This document shows, piece by piece, positions 54,604 through 60,814 of a DNA stretch of 60,814 nucleotides. The translations under genes were made by a program, and so were the position numbers. Source of the stretch: a virus (taxonomy: Duplodnaviria; Caudoviricetes); IMG/VR virus record IMGVR_UViG_3300033144_004933, positions 1 to 60,814 of that record; one strand, given 5' to 3'. Numbering within the stretch: the stretch's first letter is position 1; the number at the start of each line of letters is the position of its first letter. The notes under the pieces are model-generated. The model did no database searches, was not told where the DNA came from, and saw nothing but the letters and a program-made list of their open reading frames with translations.

Positions 54604-55240
54604 TATTAATTACTATTTTACCTTTCTCAGTAAAGTTTAATTCTAATTGCTGTGCTGCAGACTGGCTAAATAATCCTCTTCTCTTTAAAGGGTATATGAA
54701 TTTATGTTTAGCAAAATTGCCTTTAAACTCATATCCCTTCTCAATCATTTGGGTCTTGTTATAATTATTAGGTCCTTGTTTCTTAGAAACCATCTTATTA
54801 TTAACAGGGTCCCAATACCTGGGATTCTTTTTAGTTAATCCTTGATAGGTCCAATTTGAAGCTCTATACAGTCCTCCATTATGGTTCTCTGCTGTATCTG
54901 CATAAGTAAGTAATGTTTGCCATCTTCTCTTATCAAGAACCTTAATACTTCGTGCAATCAAAAAAGATCCTGCATTCTCTGGTCTACCTTCTACCAGACA
55001 AAACCTACTTAATCCTAAGACCGCTTGATGAACTTCATTAACTGACTTAGCAGCTCCTAATGCCGGAGCATTCCATACTGCTACTCCATGAAGAGTTTTT
55101 GGGTCTCCTTTATAAAATAACCCAAAGCATTTATGGGCAAGCTTACCTGCTCCATTAGCATAGTGCCATCTTTCTGTAAATTCAGCAGCAGTGGGTAAAG
55201 ATATTTCTCTTATCCCCCATTCATTTTTAAGAAGCTTCAT
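54578..55240 (-). CDS. Mom-like adenine modification enzyme (GNAT fold)
   Basis: ERWHYA, LSRFCL..PENAGSFLIARSIK, LLTYADTAENHNGGLYRASNWTYQG, KHKFIYPL. Confidence 0.8.
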   Translation of the reverse strand: MKLLKNEWGIREISLPTAAEFTERWHYANGAGKLAHKCFGLFYKGDPKTLHGVAVWNAPALGAAKSVNEVHQAVLGLSRFCLVEGRPENAGSFLIARSIKVLDKRRWQTLLTYADTAENHNGGLYRASNWTYQGLTKKNPRYWDPVNNKMVSKKQGPNNYNKTQMIEKGYEFKGNFAKHKFIYPLKRRGLFSQSAAQQLELNFTEKGKIVINNVCINRRQ

Positions 55241-55479
55241 ATTTTGATATCCTTATACGGAAATTCTGATGCCTTTTTTTCTTTTTTAAATAAGTCAGAA
55301 GTTTCACTCCTAATTAAAGAAATTATAGTTAAATATAATCCAAAGGACATTGCTCCTAGAGTTATTCTACCAAATGTATTCAAAGCAGGATCAGAATATG
55401 TAATTAAAAATCCTACCAAAGATATCATAGATACTGTCAGGGTAATATACCCTACTATTGTTAAAATTTTACTTATCAT
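55237..55479 (-). CDS. Small two-TM membrane protein
   Basis: Two hydrophobic segments; ATGA-coupled to the Mom-like gene. Confidence 0.65.
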   Translation of the reverse strand: MISKILTIVGYITLTVSMISLVGFLITYSDPALNTFGRITLGAMSFGLYLTIISLIRSETSDLFKKEKKASEFPYKDIKI

Positions 55480-55483
55480 TTTT

Positions 55484-55669
55484 TTAAGTTTTATTGATTT
55501 TTATTTCTGTTATGTTGAGGTGCACTATTTGTATGGCATTCCCATTATTCAAATTTATTTTAAAAGCTCCCTCTGTAGGCTCTACAGATTTTATTTCATC
55601 CATCTTAAGCCCTGTTAATTTATTTGTATGCCAAGCAGTTAATTGCCCTATTATTTCGTAAATATTCAT
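55484..55669 (-). CDS. Hypothetical protein (61 aa)
   Basis: Packed ORF on the coding strand. Confidence 0.55.
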   Translation of the reverse strand: MNIYEIIGQLTAWHTNKLTGLKMDEIKSVEPTEGAFKINLNNGNAIQIVHLNITEIKINKT

Positions 55670-55680
55670 CTTCTTTCATT

Positions 55681-57690
55681 TTAATGTTCCCAATGGTCTG
55701 TGATACAAGGTTCTGCTTTTAAAGGAACTATCTCACAAAAAGGTTTTCCAGCCTTTTCCATACACTCTTTTAATGTCTGTGCCAGATCCTCTGCAAGTGC
55801 CTTATGGCATTCAATAACAATTTCATCGTGAACGATATTACATATCTTTACATCTGGTATCAAATTTTCCTCTAATAAATAATCAAAGAATAAAGAAGCT
55901 CCGTACTTAGTTATCTCTGCTGAACTACCCTGGATAGGATAATTAAGAGATTTTCTTTCTATGTTACCTCTTAACTTAAAATAATCCCTTACAAGAGGTC
56001 CATAAACATATGTAAATTGAGAATCTCTGTTCTGCTTATGTTCCCTATATTTATCCCAAAATCCCTTTTCTTTCACTCTTTTTTCAACCTCTTTATATTT
56101 ATCAAAAAAAGATATGAATGATTTCCGATAGGATACTTTATTAAGCTCTATGTATCCTTTAGAAAGAGCATTGTTTTTACAAATAGCAAAGTATTTCTTT
56201 ACTCCTGGAAAAGCTTTGAAGTAACTTTCATATATCTGTTCTCCTTCCTTATCTGTTAGCCCCAAATTAGTAGCAATAGTTTTACCTACACCTCCATACT
56301 GAATTGCAAATCCAGCAGCTTTAGCATTCTGTCTTTTGTCTTTATGTCTTCCTTTTATTTGAACTAAATCCAAATCCTTTAACTCTGGGTATATCTTCTG
56401 AGCCACAAAGCTGTGCATATCTGCTAATCCTTTCTGATAAAAAGATATAATATCTGGGTCCTTACTGAAATTTGCAAATACAACTGATTCCTGACCACTA
56501 TAGTCAGCAACAATCATTTTATTCCCTTTTTCAGGTATAAAACAATCTCTATGACTTTTATCTGCAGGGATTTGTTGTAAATTAACAAAGTGAAGGTTAT
56601 TTATTTTATCTCTACCCCCACAGGACATTCTTCCTGTATCTAAAAGCTGTCTATACTGAGTATGTACTCTGTGTGTATTTGGACGTGCTTGTTTAAGAAC
56701 ACTCTCTCCAAAAGCAGTGACTACCTTAACCCATTTCTTGTAATTCATATACTCTTTTACAAGATAGTGTTTGCTTATTTGTCCTAATAGTACAGTAGCA
56801 TCTACACTTTCTTTAAGTTTACCAGTATGCTTATCTTTAATAGTGGTATTTACTCCCAGTTCTTTCATTAATGGAATAACTTGTTTTTCACTATTCCAAT
56901 TAATAGCACATTTCTGACCAGTATCAAATAAATCTAATTGAGATTCAATATATTTACTCATCTTCTCAGGATTATCCAATATAAAATTATCAAGAGCCTG
57001 TTTAGAATCTTCCAATGTATCCAAATCCCATTGCATTTTAGATTTCCACTTTTCAATATCTAATTTAAATCCACAAAATTCTACATAGGCTAATGCCCTC
57101 ACAAATTTATTATCTAAAGAGAGAGCAAGATGCAAATTATACTTATCTAACTTTTCCTTTTGTTTTTCTTTTATGATTTCTAGAAATTTGATATCATCTG
57201 CAGAATACTTTACTACCCTTTCAGATAATCTTTCCCTTTTAATGTCTTTTCTTATGTCTTTATTTAATACAACATTACAATATACAAAGGCAAGGGTATC
57301 TAACCCTTTCTTAATATTTACTTTACCCATATTTAATACACATTCTGCTAAATATGTATCATATATCTTGGTAGGAAATATCCCCTGCTTGTAAAAAAAC
57401 TTTAAATCAAATTTTGCATTCTGCATTATTAAAATCTTGGATTCCAAATCCTCCTGGAACAATTTAATTTTAACTTTTTGGCAGTCTACTATGTATTGGT
57501 TCTCATAATCCCCTATTTGTAAACAGATTAAACTATCTGTATGGCAATCTAACCCTGTAGTTTCAGTATCTACAGAGAGCTGTGCCTTATCTGATATGTA
57601 ATCTAACAAATCCTGGGGTTCTGCAAATTTGATATCGGAACTCTCATCAAACTGATAATGTTCCTTATCTGTAGTAACCAAATATATCAT
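55681..57690 (-). CDS. polA: DNA polymerase family A with 3'-5' exonuclease
   Basis: VDTETTG, QNAKFD, YSADD; motif A IVADYSGQE, motif B RQNAKAAGFAIQYG, NYPIQGSSA, motif C VHDEI; no intein. Confidence 0.96.
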   Translation of the reverse strand: MIYLVTTDKEHYQFDESSDIKFAEPQDLLDYISDKAQLSVDTETTGLDCHTDSLICLQIGDYENQYIVDCQKVKIKLFQEDLESKILIMQNAKFDLKFFYKQGIFPTKIYDTYLAECVLNMGKVNIKKGLDTLAFVYCNVVLNKDIRKDIKRERLSERVVKYSADDIKFLEIIKEKQKEKLDKYNLHLALSLDNKFVRALAYVEFCGFKLDIEKWKSKMQWDLDTLEDSKQALDNFILDNPEKMSKYIESQLDLFDTGQKCAINWNSEKQVIPLMKELGVNTTIKDKHTGKLKESVDATVLLGQISKHYLVKEYMNYKKWVKVVTAFGESVLKQARPNTHRVHTQYRQLLDTGRMSCGGRDKINNLHFVNLQQIPADKSHRDCFIPEKGNKMIVADYSGQESVVFANFSKDPDIISFYQKGLADMHSFVAQKIYPELKDLDLVQIKGRHKDKRQNAKAAGFAIQYGGVGKTIATNLGLTDKEGEQIYESYFKAFPGVKKYFAICKNNALSKGYIELNKVSYRKSFISFFDKYKEVEKRVKEKGFWDKYREHKQNRDSQFTYVYGPLVRDYFKLRGNIERKSLNYPIQGSSAEITKYGASLFFDYLLEENLIPDVKICNIVHDEIVIECHKALAEDLAQTLKECMEKAGKPFCEIVPLKAEPCITDHWEH

Positions 57691-57783
57691 CTAAAAGAAA
57701 TTATAGTTATCATCCACTATTGCCCTTTATAAATACGTAACCACTCTAAAAAAAATTTAAATACTCTATGTATAATAATAAAG

Positions 57784-57807
57784 GGGTAGGGAAATTAATC
57801 CCTACCC
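57784..57807 (-). terminator. Putative intrinsic terminator
   Basis: GGGTAGGGA 57784-57792 / TCCCTACCC 57799-57807, T/A-rich tail on the - strand. Confidence 0.7.
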
Positions 57808-57831
57808 ACTTTATAAAGTATCAAACTGTGA

Positions 57832-58425
57832 TTACGCAGGTAGTTCGTCTTCAACTACTTGTGCAGTTTCCACTGCAGGCTCACTAGGAACATCATCAGA
57901 GTCACTTTCAAGGAATGTATGTCTTACATCCTCTCCAACAATATCTATGTTAGTATAGATATGTTTTCCGCCACAAAAGATAAAATCCCCATCAGCACCA
58001 CGTCTTTTGGCAGCTTTATCCTTATTGTCCTTCTGCCACTCATCAGGCTTGATGGTTTCCGTGATTTCAATGTGACACCTTTCATTATTCTCTGTTGCAT
58101 CAGTAGGATTGAGAACGTTTAGTTCTACAATCTGGTCTTTTGCAAGAGGTTTTCCAGTTTCACTTGTGAAATCACACTTTTCCCCAAGATGACCGAACAT
58201 ATCCTTCAGGTCTTGAGGTTCTCCAGTTAACCATCCCCTTCGTGGAGATGCTCCGGCAAATCTTTTATCACTTTTATTTGCCTTCGAGGTTTTACTACGG
58301 CTTTGTTTAGCTGTAGGATTGTTGATGAATTCTGCAAATTCTAATTGCACTTTTCCATCTTTAACACCACGAGCCTGGACTAATAGTGTTTCCCCTTTAC
58401 TTAATGTCTTTACTGTCTTTTCCAT
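57832..58425 (-). CDS. Hypothetical protein, possibly ssDNA-binding (acidic tail)
   Basis: 197 aa, own terminator, acidic C-terminus. Confidence 0.65.
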   Translation of the reverse strand: MEKTVKTLSKGETLLVQARGVKDGKVQLEFAEFINNPTAKQSRSKTSKANKSDKRFAGASPRRGWLTGEPQDLKDMFGHLGEKCDFTSETGKPLAKDQIVELNVLNPTDATENNERCHIEITETIKPDEWQKDNKDKAAKRRGADGDFIFCGGKHIYTNIDIVGEDVRHTFLESDSDDVPSEPAVETAQVVEDELPA

Positions 58426-58656
58426 GACTGTAATAGTTTTAAGATTATTAATTAATTGATTTAGGTTGCTCTGTATTTACACGGGCTTGCAACACGTTTA
58501 CGATATTTACACTACCTGATGGTAATTATTTAATTACTTAATTAGTGCGTCATATGGTAAGCTACATTAACCAGGGAGAACTTGGCCAAAGTCCCCCCTT
58601 TGTTTCCCAACTGATAATTAAGAAACACCATATCTAATTTTCTATTAACAGAAACA

Positions 58657-59097
58657 TTAGATACAATTTGGAAATATATTAGATAGTCTCCTTTTTAGAA
58701 TTTGTTTACGAGACTCAAGAGCATTTACATAAGCATCTATCATAGCCATAAATTGTCTTAAAGGAAGCTTACTACCTAATTCAATAGTATGTTTTTCTGT
58801 AATTCTATCTATCAACATTGGAGGTATTCCTGGTGTTAATACGTGTCCATCTATATCATGGTCCTCTCCAAGCTCTTGTTTAATTTTATTTACAGTAAAA
58901 GTTTTTTCCTTTTCTAATGATTTAGAATCTACTATGTGAAAAAAACATTCAAGAGTATAGGATTTTATATCCTTTTTATTACAAAGTTCTTTGCCTATTC
59001 TATTTATTTCTTTTAGTTGTAAATCTATGTCATTAAGTTCTTTACTGATTTCCATCAAATTTCTGTAATTCACTCTTTTTTTAGTAGTCATAGTCAA
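58657..59097 (-). CDS. Hypothetical protein (146 aa)
   Basis: ORF on the coding strand. Confidence 0.55.
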   Translation of the reverse strand: MTMTTKKRVNYRNLMEISKELNDIDLQLKEINRIGKELCNKKDIKSYTLECFFHIVDSKSLEKEKTFTVNKIKQELGEDHDIDGHVLTPGIPPMLIDRITEKHTIELGSKLPLRQFMAMIDAYVNALESRKQILKRRLSNIFPNCI

Positions 59098-59166
59098 TGA
59101 TTATTATAGAGATTAGTTCTCTGATTTCTAATATAAGATTCTTTATCTGTATTTGCAAAGAATCCT

Positions 59167-59388
59167 TTATTTATCTATAACACAAAAAACTGAAAACATA
59201 ATAAATCCTAAGTATAATCTATAGATAAAGGTACGTCCTTTTCCTTTTTCCAGATTTATATTAAATTTTTCGTGTTTAAATCTAAACCCCATAAAGATTT
59301 TAGACCAGTACCCCTTAAAGAAAACAAGAGGAGATACAGAAGGATTAAAGAAAAACAACTTTCTAGCAACAGGATAATGTTTATTCAT
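59167..59388 (-). CDS. Small hypothetical protein (73 aa)
   Basis: ORF on the coding strand. Confidence 0.45.
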   Translation of the reverse strand: MNKHYPVARKLFFFNPSVSPLVFFKGYWSKIFMGFRFKHEKFNINLEKGKGRTFIYRLYLGFIMFSVFCVIDK

Positions 59389-59411
59389 ATTTAAATGTAT
59401 TAGTTAGTATT

Positions 59412-59642
59412 AAAAAAGGTAGTTTAATTTGCATAGCAGAGGGAAAACTACCAAACCTTCCCATAATCGCCTAAAGAATTAACTTTAGGACTTGGTAGTT
59501 ATAAGCATAGAATCTATACCCACCATCCCACGTGACGTATCAGGTGAATATAGATTGAACTATGCTTGTGCTTGTAAAAGGGAGTACTAAACCTGATCCT
59601 CGTAAGATAAGCTATGCGTCCATAGCAGCGTTCCTCCCTTTT
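59412..59642 (-). ncRNA. Structured RNA region 3' of the tRNA
   Basis: Multiple 7-9 bp stems (see findings). Confidence 0.45.
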
Positions 59643-59644
59643 AT

Positions 59645-59721
<77 letters not shown>

Positions 59722-59793
59722 ATAAGATAAGTAACTCCCTCCCCTTTGGAGCTCAGGAGTTACTTGTAGTGGAATGATGCATCAAATTCCACT

Positions 59794-60372
59794 TTATGCA
59801 TGTACATAATACTTATCTACTTTGTCCTCCCACGCACCTCTCTTTTTATGGTAAATATACTTATTAAAATCTTCCGGATTTTGAAATACCATATATATTG
59901 CATCCTCTGGAGCTCCCTCATAAGGACATAAACGACAATGCAATTGTACTTTCCTAGGAAACCTCTTATTAAATAGTATACGACCATTCCTTGACCATCT
60001 ATCATTACAAGTGATTTCTACTACCACACTTAAGTTTTCCTCTGTTTTAGGAAAATGAATAAATTTCTGGTCTCTGTCTTTATATAGACCAAAACGTTGG
60101 ATTACACCCTCAAATTTATTTTCAGTTTTCCTAAAATAGTCTAATAAAGCATCATAAGCTGCATTATAAGTTTTCCCCCTTGTAAAATCCTGGAGTCCCC
60201 ATATTTTGCTATATGCTTTAAATCTCTCAGTATCAGTGTTCCATTTTTTATTCTTAATACAGTACTCTTCAAACTCATCAAATTCCATGTGTTGAGAGCA
60301 CTCATCTTTTATAAATAGTTCATAGAGAATATCCTCTACTTGTATTCTTAAATCAACATTTTTTAGTATCAT
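59794..60372 (-). CDS. Hypothetical protein (192 aa, starting MILKNVDL)
   Basis: Track start (GTG at 60471) lies inside a structured RNA; ATG at 60372 has an A/T-rich leader. Confidence 0.6.
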   Translation of the reverse strand: MILKNVDLRIQVEDILYELFIKDECSQHMEFDEFEEYCIKNKKWNTDTERFKAYSKIWGLQDFTRGKTYNAAYDALLDYFRKTENKFEGVIQRFGLYKDRDQKFIHFPKTEENLSVVVEITCNDRWSRNGRILFNKRFPRKVQLHCRLCPYEGAPEDAIYMVFQNPEDFNKYIYHKKRGAWEDKVDKYYVHA

Positions 60373-60388
60373 AATTATCAGTTTAATA

Positions 60389-60512
60389 AAGGAGCGTAGT
60401 ACATCTTGCCAGATATTGCTCTTGGGTACAGTTGCCCGCCCTCTGGAGTTATTCCGGTTAGCTTTGGACACTAGGTGGAATAGATGTACTCAAACCGCAA
60501 ATTCTGCTCCTT
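60389..60512 (-). ncRNA. Multi-branched structured RNA or 5' leader
   Basis: Nested stems AAGGAGC/GCTCCTT, AGTACATCT/AGATGTACT, CCAGA/TCTGG, ATTCC/GGAAT. Confidence 0.5.
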
Positions 60513-60537
60513 ATAGTATTTAGATTAGAATTAAAAT

Positions 60538-60814
60538 AAAAGGTTGAGATTATACCTTTTGTAACAGACCTTTGAAGACATTATCCCTTTCGGGTTCTTC
60601 TCTTATCCACATCTTAGTGCTTGTCTCGCACCTTAATGTAATCTGTCAATGCCGATTAGTATAGCTAATCACTCTTTACGGTTATAACTACTCTGCAAGA
60701 ATAGGAATCTCGCTAATAGATGACTGCCTAGGTCATCGCTTTTAGCTGAATGGGTTGGCTCCCAAAAGAAACATACTTACAATAGAGAGAGATTTGAGGT
60801 CCCTCCCTAACTGG
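60538..60814 (-). ncRNA. 3' part of a large ornate ncRNA (GOLLD/ROOL-like), truncated by the window edge
   Basis: No long ORF; at least 7 stems; terminal hairpin AAAAGGT-ATAATCTCA-ACCTTTT whose loop can pair with upstream GAGATT; upstream of a tRNA. Confidence 0.55.

Noticed and set aside
55681-57690. Intein, intron or homing endonuclease in PolA, helicases or vRNAP
   Set aside because: Motif spacing is normal; no intein splice-junction, LAGLIDADG or HNH signatures were seen.
59576-59644. tRNA-associated theta (HDV-like) or hammerhead ribozyme
   Set aside because: TCCTCGT and CTGAT occur on the strand opposite the tRNA and lack the P3/P1.1 or CUGAnGA..GAAA context.
60373-60471. N-terminal 33 aa of the 225-aa track ORF
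   Set aside because: The GTG start lies within a strongly paired RNA element; the ATG at 60372 is more plausible.

Overview
About 61 kb of an AT-rich crAss-like (Crassvirales-type) podophage of a Bacteroidota host, read with standard code 11. The + strand (1-38265) is the late structural block: a tail-fibre-like fragment, tail tubular and tail stabilisation (muzzle) proteins, and large capsid-cargo/ejection proteins. These include a 4641-aa virion RNA polymerase (GSDFDIDK) with inserted accessory domains and a 2124-aa nucleotidyltransferase/zincin/PD-(D/E)XK protein. The - strand (38489-60814) is the replication block: UNG, exonuclease, RusA, primase, SSB-like protein, Sak4-like ATPase, DnaB-like and SF2 helicases, a Mom-like DNA-modifying enzyme, PolA, an initiator-type tRNA-Met and several structured non-coding RNAs. 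Main highlights: (1) an apparently complete phage-encoded ubiquitin-like conjugation operon (Ubl precursor, E2-like, JAB, E1/ThiF, unknown gene) inside the replication block; (2) an unannotated -1 frameshift signal (G GGA AAG plus a predicted pseudoknot) that would append an M15 peptidoglycan peptidase to a cargo protein; (3) eight copies of a [YF]xxGG[DEN][LI]Px[YF]xxG motif dividing two cargo proteins into modules; (4) a cluster of ornate RNA structures around the tRNA. All family assignments come from reading motifs by eye; no database searches were run.
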